From contig NW_021832383.1 in NCBI RefSeq assembly GCF_006345805.1, positions 1-64,000 on the forward strand: a DNA stretch of 64,000 nucleotides, read 5' to 3'. Below the pieces are notes generated by a model. That model worked only from the letters and a program-made list of their open reading frames with translations. It was not told the origin of the DNA and did not search any database. Of this stretch, positions 26,910 through 39,557 are shown piece by piece (positions within the stretch are counted from its first letter, which is position 1; every line of letters begins with the position of its first letter). The position numbers and the translations under genes were made by a program. The DNA is from Octopus sinensis. Lineage: Eukaryota.

Positions 26910-28154
26910 GCATATGTATATATATATATATGCATGCACGCGCTGATGCATGAGTCATGCTTTTGTGTAATAACTGGAGCCATTGTTTCCTTTAAGTCGT
27001 TTTATCTATTTTTAAGTTTGTAAAACAAATATGTGTATGCGTGTATATATATATATACTCATGTGTATATATATACATACATAAGAATGTATATACATAT
27101 ATAAGTAGTGTATGTATGTATATATGTATGCACGCATGTATTCGTTCCTTTTCATCCAGTACGATATAATTTTAATAACGTATCCATAGCAACGACTCTT
27201 TCAATATATATGTATATAACCTTTGTCTCTCGACACACATGTTCTAAATGTATACAACATGGAAACGAAGCACATGAAATAACGACTTAATGAGGGAACA
27301 CTATGTGGTCGCTTGTGGTGCTATAAATAACAACCAAATCCCTCTTCTAACGCACGCTCTTGCCTTAAAAGACGCATTAAGCACCGCGAACCACAGCCGT
27401 CACTCGCGAGCGGTTATGACCGGGTAGTATGTACCATGCTTTCGTTGATTGTTTTACGGCCTGTGTGGTCGCGAGCAGACGTAGGCCTTCCTGTCCTTTA
27501 ACCCTGTAGTAAAATCAGGATGTGACAGTTGCCGGGTGGTTCTTATTTACAGCTGAGTAGACTGAACCAACATGAAATAAAGTGCCTTGCTGAAGGGGGC
27601 AACGTGCCGTGCGACACATTCCTTCAGTATTGTTCTTTTGCTTTTATTTCTTCCGTTAGTCCCCAGTCTGAAGTCGAACCCCATTATCGAAAATGTCGGC
27701 AAAGCAGTTCTAAATTCTTCAGAGTTTTTAAGACTTTGACTTACGATAAGATTTCGCATGTCAGAAAATCAACCAAAAGGTAGATCTATAACCGAAATTT
27801 TGTCATGCTTATTCTGGAGAAAATAAATGAAATCCATCCAACTCCGGACCATTCCGCCGTAGCTGAATGTCTCGTTCCATTTCCATAGCACGACATAACC
27901 ATTCGTGTTCTGCTTATACAATGGAGTTCGTTTTGGCCACCAGTAGGCCTAATAAAGCACTGGAACTACAATTGTTCAGTGACCGATGGCGATTTTTGAT
28001 AATATAGGGCATTTCTTTGGACATCGGGGAAGGGGGGGTATAAAAAAGCCTGTTGGAATTTGAACCCCTTCCGTTAAGTTATGGGTTCGTTATCATAAGC
28101 GACCTACAGTTGGGGCATACAGTGCTTGTGTGAAAACCTTATTAATCAACCAAA

Positions 28155-28299
28155 TATTAGGTTGTCCCAAAAGTTCGTAAACACTTGCGAAAATTGAATT
28201 TTTACTCGCCAAGTACTAACAAAAGCAACAAAAATTATTCCTCAAAATAAAGACCATTATTTTCCAAGACTTTCTACGAACTTTTGGGACAACCTTATA
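28155..28299. mobile_element. Mariner-family MITE
   Basis: TIRs AGGTTGTCCCAAAAGTTCGTA/TACGAACTTTTGGGACAACCT, TA termini. Confidence 0.8.
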
Positions 28300-28684
28300 G
28301 TTTGCAGGCGATCAGGCAACCAGTTAGAACATCATCTTCAGATTCGAACCCGTTTTCTCTAGCTACAAAAAAATAAACCTGATCTTCTCATGGCATTCAA
28401 ACAAGACACAACTCAGCTCTCGCTCAGCAACTCAAAGACATAGCTTCAACAAGACTTGGTGGTTACGCATCCTCAAGATGACTGATGGCTGAGAAACCAC
28501 AGTTGAGTCGATCCTTATATTCTAGTCTCTCTTCCATTGAGGATTCTAGTCTCTCTTCCATTTATGTATGTATGTTTGGTCAACCTTTAAATAAATCTGT
28601 TGCTAAATACTCGGAGTTTTGCTTCCGTTGTAATATACGCAGCCAGCCTAATCTCATGCCATGATTACTACAACAACAACAGCT

Positions 28685-28860
28685 TTGGGGTGTAATGGCC
28701 CAGTGGTTAGGGCAGTGGACTCGCGGTCGTAAGAACGCGGTTTCAGTTCCCAGACCGGGCATCGTGAGTGTTTATTGAGCAAAAATACCTAAGCACCACG
28801 AGTCTCCGGCATTGGGGCGGTGAACCCCGCTGTACTTTTTTACAACTTTCTCTCTTTCTT
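28685..28860 (+). mobile_element. Family D SINE, 5' half
   Basis: Head matches 29698. Confidence 0.75.
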
Positions 28861-29021
28861 CCTACTTCTGCCACAAAGCAGAGGAACCATGGTGTAACCC
28901 ACTATGGTGTCTGTCTTTGTTGAATGCATGAAAACAGAAAATTTTTGCTTAAAATATAACTTAACACTTTCAATTTTTGCTATCCATACAACATTATAAA
29001 AGAAAACTAAATAATTAAAAT

Positions 29022-29580
29022 TATTGGGTTGTCCGGAATGTTCGTACCGATTTATAGTAGCTTACCTTTCGACTTATTTTAGAACATCGTTGAGTCCATA
29101 AAATAGGATTTGACTACACTTCCATTTAGAGCACAGTTTAAGCTATCTTTTCTTAGAAGAAGATTTATGTTCCTATAACCTGTGTTAATTCTGTAACCCT
29201 TTAAAATGGAAGATAAGAAAGTTCATTTTCGGCACTTGATGCTTTGGGAACCAGACAAAAATTGCTGCAGCTCGGCTGAGATGTGTTACCCCACCCTCCA
29301 TATTCACCAGATATTGCTCCTTCGGATTTCCACTTATTCAGGTCTCTGAAGAATAGTCTTAATGGTAAAAATTTCAATTCCTTGGATGACGTAAAACGAC
29401 ACCTTGATGAATTCTTTGCCATGAAATCACCTCAGTTCTGGGAAGAGGGTATTTTCAAGTTAAAGGAAAGATGGAGACGCATTGTGCAACAAAATGGTTC
29501 ATATTTGGTTGATTAAAAATGTAGTGGCAAGTATTTACTGACCTTTAAAAATCGGCATGAACTTTCCAGACGACCCAATA
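29022..29580 (+). mobile_element. Internally deleted mariner transposon
   Basis: TIRs TTGGGTTGTCCGGAA/TTCCAGACGACCCAA with TA at both ends; N-terminus MEDKKVHFRHLM fused to C-terminus HPPYSPDIAPSDFHLF...RWRRIVQQNGSY. Confidence 0.92.
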
Positions 29581-29697
29581 ATTTCATTTGCAAAATAAAT
29601 GTACGTCGTGGTGTCTTCTCCTCCTCCTCCACCGCCGCCGCCGCCGCCTCCTCGTTGTTGTTGGCAGGTGTTTACAGCTTCATTTACATCCGATCTA

Positions 29698-30088
29698 GTG
29701 GAGGCGCAATGGCCCAGTGGTTAGGGCAGCGGACTCGCGGTCGGAGGATCGCGGTTTCGATTCCCAGACCGGGCATTGTGAGTGTTTATTGAACGAAAAC
29801 ACCTAAAGCTCCACGAGGCTCCGGCAGGGGATGGTGGTGAACCCTGCTGTACTCTTCTACCACAACTTTCTCTCGCTCTTTCTTCCTGTTTCTCTTGTAC
29901 CTGTATTTCAAAGGGCCAGCCTTGTCACACTCTGTGTCACGCTGAATCTCCTCGAGAACTACGTTAAGGGTACACGTGTCTGTGGAGTGCTCGGCCACTT
30001 ACACGTTAATATCACGAGCAAGCTGTTCCGCTGATCGTATCAGCTGGGACCCTCATCGTCGCAACCGACGGAGTGTTTCTACTACTAC
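29698..30088 (+). mobile_element. Full-length family D SINE with 13-bp TSD TACATCCGATCTA
   Basis: TSD at 29685-29697 and 30089-30101; A and B boxes; (CTA)n tail. Confidence 0.92.
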
Positions 30089-30675
30089 TACATCCGATCT
30101 ACTCACACTGACAAATTTCATCGAACATAAAGTTTCTGAAATGTAATACCACGGCGCAAAAAAAAGACTTAATGGCGATTTTTTATTGAATACTTTCCCA
30201 CGCAACAAAAACAGTTTCTTGGGTCCTGTTCACATATTTTATTTTGGACCCTGCCGATTGAGAAGCCCTAACATTTAACTTGATTAACATATGCCAAAAC
30301 CTTGCACCATCTTCCATTCCACAACGGCTCCTGAGAATTCGCAGGACGTGTGCAGCAATTAGCAGCGGCTCCAAAAACTTATTGCATGTCGCCTCAACTG
30401 ACCTGCTCAATCCTATGATCTTACTAGCTTAGGGTCTTCTCGAAACCTTATGACATTCCTGCCACCCGATTCCTTCGGGAATAAAAATAAATCTTCATAT
30501 TGAGGACCGTCTCTTCTTCTAGAGTCAATAATCAACAACCCCAACCTCATCTCATTCGATGTACCCACATTCCTTAACCCAACCATTCTAAAACATTCTC
30601 TTTCCCAGATACTTCATTCCCAAGCACTTCGTACAAAATATTTCACCCAATCGTTCCCCCACCCCTTAACTAGAT

Positions 30676-31105
30676 GCCATCCCCGCCCACACGTTTCCCA
30701 CACGTTCTCAAACGTTTCCTACACGTTTCCCACACGTCCTCACACGCTTCCCACACGTTTCCAACACGTTTTCCACACGCTCTCACACGTTTCCTATGCT
30801 TCCCACACGTCCTCGCGCATTTCCCACACGTTCTCACACATTCCCACACGTTTCCCATACGTTCTCACACGTTTCCCACACGTCCTCACACGCTCCCACA
30901 CGTTTCCTACACGTTTCCACACGCTCACACGTTTCCTATGTTTCCCACACGTCCTCGCGCACTTCCCACACGTTCTCACACATTCCCACACGTTTCCCAC
31001 ACGTTCTCACACGTTTCCTACACGTTTCCCACACGTCCTCACACGCTTCCCACACGTTCTCACACGTTTCCCACACGTCCTCGCACATTGTCCACACGTT
31101 TCCCA
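30676..31105. repeat. Degenerate ~11-bp minisatellite (CCCACACGTTT)n
   Basis: Direct inspection. Confidence 0.9.
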
Positions 31106-31612
31106 CAATCATCAACGCACAGACATACAAATTAAACACTGACCCCCACTCGTTCCGAAAGACTATGGGCTTGGCATCGCTTCTTTATTTCTTTATTTAT
31201 TTTCAATGTGCAATAAAAGAGACTTAGCTCACACTATGGAGAAAATGAAACCACAGCTATAAAATCAATATAAAATCGATATAGCCAAATCAAGACACAC
31301 ATATCTTCCTGACCTATCCGAAAACAACAATTACATTTTTCTTTTGAATTCAATTCCTGACTGATTCCTATTAATTTTTATTGAGAGACCTAAGCTATTT
31401 CTCTCCTTTTATGTTCCAGTAGTTGTGTATGTATGTGGGTACATGTATATGCATATATAATATGTATGAGTGTGTCTATGTATGTACGTATATATGTATG
31501 TATGTGTGTATGTATGTATGTGTGTGCGTGTGTATATATGTATGTGTTTATATACCTAGACTATATTTTACAGTTACTAAATTCCATTACATTACGTATG
31601 TCTATTTATACG

Positions 31613-31671
<59 letters not shown>

Positions 31672-31929
31672 CCATATGCATACACACACACACACATATA
31701 AATATTTATACATACATATGCATACACACACACACGCCTCTATCTCGTATAACTTCTCTTTGAAGTCTTCCTCCTTTGGCACATCATCAGACTAGTCTTC
31801 TTGGTTCTTGCGCCGAACCCCCAACCCCCGCTCTAAAGCCACAGGTGCAGAGGTCGAACCATTTGCCACCATGAACTGTCTGCACTAATTGCCCCCTCAG
31901 CGTTTACCCCCTCCCCGCCTCCCGCTCTC

Positions 31930-32915
31930 CTAACCCTGACACATCAACACACCAAATATCGTTGATCTTCTCCTCACTTCCAATCCAAGACTAAGAAAAT
32001 ATTTACCAAATGCCGCAACAGCTGTCAGGTGTGCTACTGAAGACTTCAGAGAGAGAGAGAGAGAGAGCAGAGGAATCCTCATTGCACCGGACAGCTTGAA
32101 AGCTTTCCGATTCCCAACTTGTAGCAGACCTTCTTGGTCCCTTTTCAAGAAATCCCTACAAACGTTCTGGAATCTTTCTACCCGCCATTCACCGTTAATG
32201 ATACTCTGGCCTAATATTCTTTATCTTTATAAGTCCACCATTCACCCCTGCATTAAGTACTTATTTCTTTACTACCCACAAGGGGCTAAACACAGAGGGG
32301 ACAAACAAGGACAGACAAACGGATGAAGTCGATTATATCGACCCCAGTGCGTAACTGGTACTTATTTAATCGACCCCGAAAGAATGAAAGGCAAAGTCGA
32401 CCTCGGCGGAATTTGAACTCAGAACGTAACGGCAGACGAAATACGGCTACGCATTTCGCCCAGCGTGCTAACGTTTCTGCCAGCTCGCCGCCTTCATTGA
32501 GTACTGTTGTCACATATGGGCAGGTGCTCCAGCAGATTGTTTAACTCTGTTGGACCACACTCAATGCCATATTTGCAATGCTTATTGGTCCTGATCCGTC
32601 TTCTAAATTGGATCCACTCTCTCATCATCGTCGTGTGGCTTCCTTGTCTCCTCTCTTTAACTATTTCCATGGACATTGTTCAGCTGAGCTCTCTTCCCTG
32701 GTTCCTCCTTCAAAAACTTATCAGCGATCAGCTAAGACTTGCATCCAGTTCCCATCAATATACTGTGCCACCTCCTAAGTGTTCTAAACCGCTTTACAGT
32801 ACCAGTTTCCTTCCCTCGCACCTCTGAACTTTGGAGTTCCCTTACACAATCTTGTTTTCCTCTTCAATATGACCTCCTCCAGTCTTTTAAGTCTAATGTA
32901 CATCATCACCTATTG
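31930..32915 (+). pseudogene. Decayed CR1/L2-superfamily LINE fragments interrupted by a SINE
   Basis: NIVDLLLTSNP (endonuclease end) and PLSHHRRVASL...GHCSAELSSLVP...RTSELWSSL..FPLQYDL..FKSNV (RT C-terminus). Confidence 0.65.
32262..32494 (-). mobile_element. Family B SINE with 11-bp TSD CATT(A/G)AGTACT
   Basis: Inserted in the LINE remnant. Confidence 0.9.
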
Positions 32916-33019
32916 ACTTCTGTCCAACATCCATTTTATTCTAGTAGCTCTTTACGTTTTCGGTGGTCTAAGGACCTTGTAAGGAGCAAATGGTTAAAAA
33001 ACTGTTTTTAATTTAACAC

Positions 33020-33051
<32 letters not shown>

Positions 33052-33061
33052 TATATATATA

Positions 33062-33094
<33 letters not shown>

Positions 33095-34088
33095 GGTGTG
33101 TCTTATGTGTTCTATAGCTTACGTAGATGTATGTCTTGCATGTAGTTATATATATGTCCGATAGATAATGCAGATATCTATGACTTATACACGCCCTATA
33201 GACAACGAGTGTATGTATGTATGTATGTGGCAAGAAGTTTGTTTCCCAACCACATGGTTCAGGGTTCAGTCCCACCGCGTGGTACATCGAGCAAGTACCT
33301 TCTATTATAGCCCCAAGCCAACCAAAGCTTTGTGGGTAGATTTGACAGGCGGACTGGCATGCAGCCGTGAAAGTACAGCAGTGTTCACCACCACCCCCTG
33401 CCGGATCCTCATGGAGCTTTAGGTGTTTTCACTCAATAAACACTCACAACGCCCGACCTGGAAATTGAAACCGCTAGTCCGCTGCTCTAACCACTGGGCC
33501 CTTGCGCCTCCGCTATATATATATATATAATGTAGCTATATGTGTCCTATTATTCCTTTAAAATAAAGTCGTGAAATTCACTCCCACGTCTTTGATTACA
33601 AATGTAGGAGGTTGTTCAAAGTTTTAACTTTTAAGAGCAAAAACATTATAATGTTTGTTACACAACGATGGATGTGTAATAAAAGATAAGTGATGTAGCT
33701 TACGTTTTAGTAATTTTAGTATCATACTAACTTCATGTCAGTTAGTAAATAGTTTTTTATTTTATTGTTTCCTTATCTTTGTTTTGTATTCACTGAAGTC
33801 TGCAAACATTAGCTCACACTGGTTCCTGGATTAAATATATTCCAATATAAACAGGAAATCTATGTAATGGCAGACTTATTAAGAGACACAGGTACATACG
33901 TACCTACATACACATGTGCATATTTGTACATACACATTTATACATACATGTGGATATAAAATTAGTGTTCATTTAAACAAAAAAAGAGGTGACCCATAGC
34001 AGGTCGCCTTACATACTAGAAGGAACAGTCAAAAGTCCAAATCAGTTAAGAGCAATTTTGAAGAGAATGAAAAATAAAAACATTTACC

Positions 34089-34179
34089 ATGTTTTACAGC
34101 TGGACCTAGGTTTCGAACTTTAATTAGCAAATAAAATAACTTGCTAGGCGAAGTTCTCATCAGCGGGTACGCCAAACAT
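34089..34179 (-). ncRNA. Type I hammerhead with extended stem II and possible loop-loop contact
   Basis: CTGATGA-GAACTT...AAGTTC-GAAAC-CTAG-GTC; palindromic ACCTAGGT; distal stem I ATGTTT/AAACAT; GGCG in stem I can pair with CGCC in stem II. Confidence 0.75.
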
Positions 34180-34225
34180 TAACATATAATTTAGAGACAA
34201 AATAACACGTCTCATCATTATATAT

Positions 34226-34315
34226 TATAATTTTTCAAATCGACCGCGCAAGCGCAGTTTCAGTGGGCAACAAAATAAAACATATCGACTAACATCAGAA
34301 ATTACTAAAATCATA
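34226..34315 (-). ncRNA. Second hammerhead (A9U variant) upstream of the 34089 motif
   Basis: AATTT-CTGATGT-T-AGT...ACT-GAAAC-TGCGC(TT)GCGCG-GTC-GATTT. Confidence 0.55.
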
Positions 34316-34856
34316 TTCTTAAAATAATATAGGGTAGCAACTTTATAGATATTTTTCTACCAGTACATGTGGATATATGTGTGAGTGTGTGTGATCATTA
34401 TCATTATCATTGTTTAACGTCCGCCTTCGATGCTAGCATGAGTTGGACGGTTTTACAAGAGCAGGCCAGGCTACAGTGTCTGTTTTCACAGGGATTTTAC
34501 GGCTGAATGCCCTTGTTAGCGCCAACCACCTCACAGAGTGGACTGTGCGTTTTTTACATGGTACCAGCACAGGTGAGGTCAGTTTTGACATGGTCTTTAC
34601 AGCTGGATGTCCTCCCAGATGCCAACCACTTCACAGCGTGTACCAGATGCTCCTGAACCAGTTGTTATGCATCCCACCCGTGTGGGATCGATGCTAGATG
34701 TATCAAAACAATTATCATATCTTCCATCTTCCATCTCTCATTAACCGAGTGGAATCGATGCTAGATGTGCCGAAACAATTGTCGTATCTTCCATCTCTCA
34801 TTAACCAAATATATATGTGAGTATACATCTCTGAATATGTGTATGTCTGTATGTAT

Positions 34857-35272
34857 CAGGGACACGCCACCTAGGTAGGCAAGGTAGGCAGTGCCTACCC
34901 TGAATAAAATAGATCGATAACAACATTTTCCTTTATGGCAAAACATACACCTACTTCAATAAAATTATGAAGGTTACTCTGATTACTATGCATAAAATAC
35001 AAAATATTATATTTTTTTGTAGATTAGATAGGCATAATTCACCCCTGCTTTTCAATCTCAGTATTTAAGCTATGCATAGAATTGCTGTAGTACACATGCT
35101 GAGTGCATTCCTACAACAACGTTTTCTTTACGTGCTATAAAGGCAGAAGTAAATCTGCTTTCAACTCAGTCGCGCACCTGTGTTTCACTTAGATTTTGTG
35201 TTTCGCTTTCTTTTTTTACTACATAAACGTCACAACTGCCTACCCTGAGTAATTACTAACGGCACGTGCCTG
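34857..35272. mobile_element. hAT-type MITE with 8-bp TSD GTATGTAT
   Basis: CAGG...CCTG termini, subterminal GGTAGGCAG inverted repeats, exact 8-bp duplication. Confidence 0.75.
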
Positions 35273-35812
35273 GTATGTATGTATGTATGTATGTATGAAT
35301 ATATGCATAAATTTCCGGATGCATGTGTGTGTAAATACTTTAAATATGTATAAGCATACGCCTATATATGAGTGTATGTATATATGCCTAAATGTATGTG
35401 TATATATCTATATAAACAAGTACGAGAACATATACGCACTATACGCAGTTACGCAAGCATAAATATACATACATCTACGTACATATGTGTATAAATGTGT
35501 GTATATATGTATACATCTATGTATTTGCTTAATTAATTGCTAATTGTCAATTTTCGATATTATTATCGCTACAGCTTGTCTTTCTTACAATCCAAATTCC
35601 ATGTGTGCATATAATGACAATTAATTAATTACTGAAGTGGAATCTCATTAAATGTCTTTTAGTAATTCTGTCATGTCTTTTGGACAGCCATCTTTGCAGA
35701 GAACCAATTCTCTTCAGGGAAATTCTTGTATTAAAGTTTTCGAATCTTAGGTTTTAGAATAAAATATACCCACCTCTCTCTCTGTATTCTCTGTATGCGT
35801 GTATATATATAT

Positions 35813-36205
35813 ATTCTTTTACTTGCTTCAGGCATTTGACTGCGGACACGCTGGAGCACCGCCTTTAGTCGAGCAATCGTCCCCAGGACTTATTCTTTGT
35901 AAGCCTAGTACTTATTCTTTGTAAGCCTAGTACTTATTCTATCTGTATCTTTTGCCGAACTGCTAGGTTACGGGGACGTAAACACACCATCATCGCTTGT
36001 CAAGCGGTGTCGCGGGCACAAACACACACACACATATATATATATACAACGGGCTTCTTTCAGTTTCTGTCTACCAAATCCACTCACAAGACTTTGGTCG
36101 GCTCGAGGCTATAGAAGACACTTGCCCAAGGTGCCACGCAGTGGAATTGAATCCACAACTATATGGTTGGTAAGCAGGCTTCTTACCAAACAACCACTCC
36201 TGCAT
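35813..36205 (-). mobile_element. Family A SINE with a short internal duplication
   Basis: TTATTCTTTGTAAGCCTAGTAC occurs twice. Confidence 0.85.
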
Positions 36206-36584
36206 CTACATATATATATTATCTTTTGCTTGTTTCTGTCATTAGACTGTGGTCATACTGGGGCAACGTCTTGAAGAATTTTTAGTCAAACAAATCAACC
36301 CAAGTACTTTATTAAGCCAAGTTCTTATACATATAGATTGCTGCTTCTGTTATAGGTAGGATCAACAAAAAAGTACTCCATCCCCGGGGAAGTGGGGGCG
36401 ATGTAATCGATTTACTGCTCCTTATCCGAAATTGCTGGCCTAGTGCCAAAATGTGAAACCAATATACGAAGTATTTAAATGAACTACGAATAGTTTCATG
36501 CCTTGGAAACACAATAGTTTGGCAAGCCTATATAACATGCCTTGTGTAGCTCATATCTAAATATTATGTATATTAAATTAGTGA

Positions 36585-36905
36585 AGGTGCATGGCTTAGT
36601 GGTTAGGGTATTCGGCTCATGATCGTATGGTCATGAGTTCAATCCCAGGCGACGCGATGTGTCCTTGAGCAAGACACTTTATTTCACATTGCTCCAGTCC
36701 ACTCAACTGGCAAAAAACAAGTTGTACCTGTAATTCACCAGGGCCAGTCTTTTCACATTCTGTATCATAATGAATCTCCCTAAGAACTACATTAAGGGTA
36801 CACGTGTCCGTGGAATACTCAGCCACTTGCACTTTAATTTCACGAGCTGGCCATTCCGTTGATCAGGTCAACTGGAACCCTTGTCATTATAACCGATGGA
36901 GTACC
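36585..36905 (+). mobile_element. Family D-related SINE
   Basis: TGGCTTAGTGG head, GTGTCCTTGAGCAAGACAC box, family D tail. Confidence 0.7.
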
Positions 36906-36990
36906 ATAATACATCTTGTGTGTCTGTGTGTGCGCGTGCGTATACACGTGTTTTTTCACGTCCCTTTTTCTATGCCGGCATGGGTTAGAC

Positions 36991-37139
36991 TAGGCATGGG
37001 CAATCTTTTTCAAGAAGTAGGCCACATGAAACATGGTTCATTATCAGGTGGGCCATGCAACTAAAAACAAAACTCCAATGTGACTTTTCATGACAGCGTG
37101 CCATTCAGAAAGTACCGTGTGCCGCAGGTTGCCCCTGAA
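36991..37139. mobile_element. Possible second hAT MITE
   Basis: TAGGCATGGGCAA ... GTTGCCCCTG ends; no TSD seen. Confidence 0.35.
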
Positions 37140-37149
37140 TGAGTTAAAC

Positions 37150-37430
37150 CAATGGTTCCCAAAGTGGGCGGTATTGCCCCCCCACCCCCCACCCCGGGGG
37201 CAGTGGAAAGTTGCAAGTGGGTGTTGAAGAAATGTGGGGCAATAACAGGGTAGCAATTCATGTAAAAACAACAAAATAATGGGTTCATTAAGTTATATTT
37301 GTGAAATACAGTTGCTTTGAATTTGCTTCAGAAAGAGGTCTATGTTTGTGATGGTTTGTTGGGGTGGGGACGCTAGGCATGTGGCCTGGGAGTAAGGGGG
37401 TGGCAGCCCGAAAAAGTTTGGGAACCACTG
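37150..37430. mobile_element. hAT (Charlie-like) MITE
   Basis: TIRs CAATGGTTCCCAAA/TTTGGGAACCACTG; TSD AGTTAAAC/GGTTAAAC. Confidence 0.8.
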
Positions 37431-37566
37431 GGTTAAACGAATATGTTTCTGGGGTGCTGTTTTCACAGTTGGGTCAGATGTGTGTCCCTTCCAGACACTA
37501 ACTCTTACTTACAATATTTACATTATTTACATTTGACGGATATTTGTCCTTATCTTGTTTGTTGTT

Positions 37567-37613
37567 AACACAACGTTTCGGCTGATATACCCTCCACCCT
37601 TCATCGGGTGTCT
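37567..37613 (-). ncRNA. Minimal type I hammerhead in the tail of a tRNA-headed element
   Basis: GACAC-CCGATGA-A-GGGTG(GAGGGTATAT)CAGCC-GAAAC-GTT-GTGTT; palindromic AACGTT; the sister copy at 38031-38070 has the perfect stem II GGCTG/CAGCC. Confidence 0.7.
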
Positions 37614-37693
37614 TGGGGAAATTTCGAACCTGGGTTCTTGTTCCTAAGGTATTTTTCTATGTTGTTGTTATTATTATTATTATTATTATTATT

Positions 37694-37868
37694 CATTTAG
37701 CGTCCGCTTTCCATGCTAGCATGGGTTGGACGGTTCAACTGGGGTCTGTGAAGCCAGAAGGCTGCATCAGGCCCAGTCTGATCTGGCAGTGTTTCTACGG
37801 CTGGATGCCCTTCCTAACGCCAACCACTCCGTGAGTGTAGTGGGTGCTCACTCACAGAGTGGTTGGCG
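37694..37868 (-). mobile_element. Family C SINE 3' part
   Basis: GGCGTTAGGAAGGGCATCCAGCCGTAGAAAC...CATGGAAAGCGGACG; inserted in an (AAT)n tract. Confidence 0.8.
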
Positions 37869-39557
37869 TTATTATTATTATTATTGTTGTTCAGGTCACT
37901 GCTTGGAATCGAACTCAGAATCTTGGGGTTAGTAGCCTGTGTTTTTAACCACTACGCCATATGCCCACAGGCATATGGCGTAGTGGCTAAGTGGCCATAT
38001 GGCATAGTGGTTAAGTGACCATATGGCGTAGTGAAGAAGGCTGGAGGGTATATCAGCCAAAACATTGTGTTAACAACAAACAAGATGAGGACAAATATTT
38101 GTCGATTGTAAATAATGTAAATAATTCCTCGTCTCTTAAATATAGAACTAACCGTTACTTGTTTCCCACAACACTTTTGAAAATCCAAAGCAAAGCAAAT
38201 GAAGCAAATGATTTATTGGCAGAAGTTCCACCAACTCCACCCTTTAATAATTGGGTGAGGAGTGGACGAGAGAATGTGACCAGAGGAGTTGATACAGGGT
38301 GGGTAGGGTAGGAAAGTTCACGAGGGCATGAAAGGGGGAGAGTGACAGGGACAGTGGTGAATGCAGGAGAGGGTGAACAACGAGTGGATGCATGGTCAAT
38401 GATGAATATTGGTTTGGCAGGGTGGAGGTGGGTGAAGGAAATAGAAGCGGGGGGGACAAGGAAGAGGAAAATGGGGGTGGGGAGTAAAAAGTATAATAAA
38501 ACTATTGGTAGATGGGAGCTAGGGAGATGAGGGGGTGAGGGAGGGATGCGCAGTGATAGAGAGGGGAGCTTAGAGAATCATCATCATCATCATCATCATC
38601 ATTTAAAGTCTGCTTTCCATGCTGGCATGGGTTGGATGATCTGAGAGGGACTGGTTAGGCGGAAGACTACACCAAGATCAGCTGCCTGTTTTCGTGTGGT
38701 TTCTAAGGATGGAAGCCCTTCCTGATGCCAAACACTTCAAAGAGTGTAACTGGGTCTTTTTCTTTTATGTGACACCAGCAGCGGTGAGGTCATTGAGTAA
38801 TTTGCAAGACAAGACCCTCTCAATTGGTGGTGGGGGGGGGAGAAGTATTGAGGGACAGAAGAGGGGTCTTGCATTAGAAGAGAAACATGGCTACCTCAAA
38901 TGCAGAGGGGGGGTGGAGAGGTTGTAAAGATGTAACAGTGAAGGGATCAGGAGCCGTACGCTCAAATTACAAGGAGGTGTATATAATGAAGTAGAAGAGA
39001 AAAATGGGGAAGATTACATGGGGAGGGGGCAGAGGTCAGCAGAAATTAGGGAGTGAGAAATGAAGGCAAGGGTGACAACCTATTAAAAGCTGGTATGAGA
39101 AGGTGTTTAGGGAAAAAGGGGTTTCAGCGGGAAATGAGATGGTAAGGGATGATACTGAAAGTGGGAGAGGGGACAAAATGAAGTGGTTTAAAGGAGAGAG
39201 ACATAATTGAGGGCATAGAAGGGAATCATTTAATTACAACAAGAGAGAGTAAGTGCCATAGAGAGGAGAGTGATGAATGTTCGGAAGACGAATTTTACAA
39301 TATGTGTAAAAATAATCAACATGCTTCAAGACTTCCAGCTCAGAAAAATTCCACCCGGAAGCATTCTTTCATTTATTTCCTGACTTTGTTTTTTTTCTGT
39401 TTTTTTTTTTATCCTTTGTGGAAAATCAATTTTTCACAATTAATGTGAAATTTTAAGTCCATCCAATAAACCATATATATATATATATATACCGGAGTAA
39501 ACACATAAATGTGAAACAAGGTGGAAAAAAGAGTACTCAAATACCAGGGGTAGAGTA

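Larger units (their letters stand above)
37505..37965 (-). mobile_element. tRNA-headed SINE-like element with hammerhead tail, interrupted by another SINE
   Basis: A box TGGCGTAGTGG, B box GAGTTCGATTCC, (AAT)n linker, HHR, short TGTAAATAA repeats at the tail. Confidence 0.7.

Noticed and set aside
29698-29780. tRNA gene (also other tRNA-like heads)
   Set aside because: No acceptor stem; continuous with SINE bodies and TSDs
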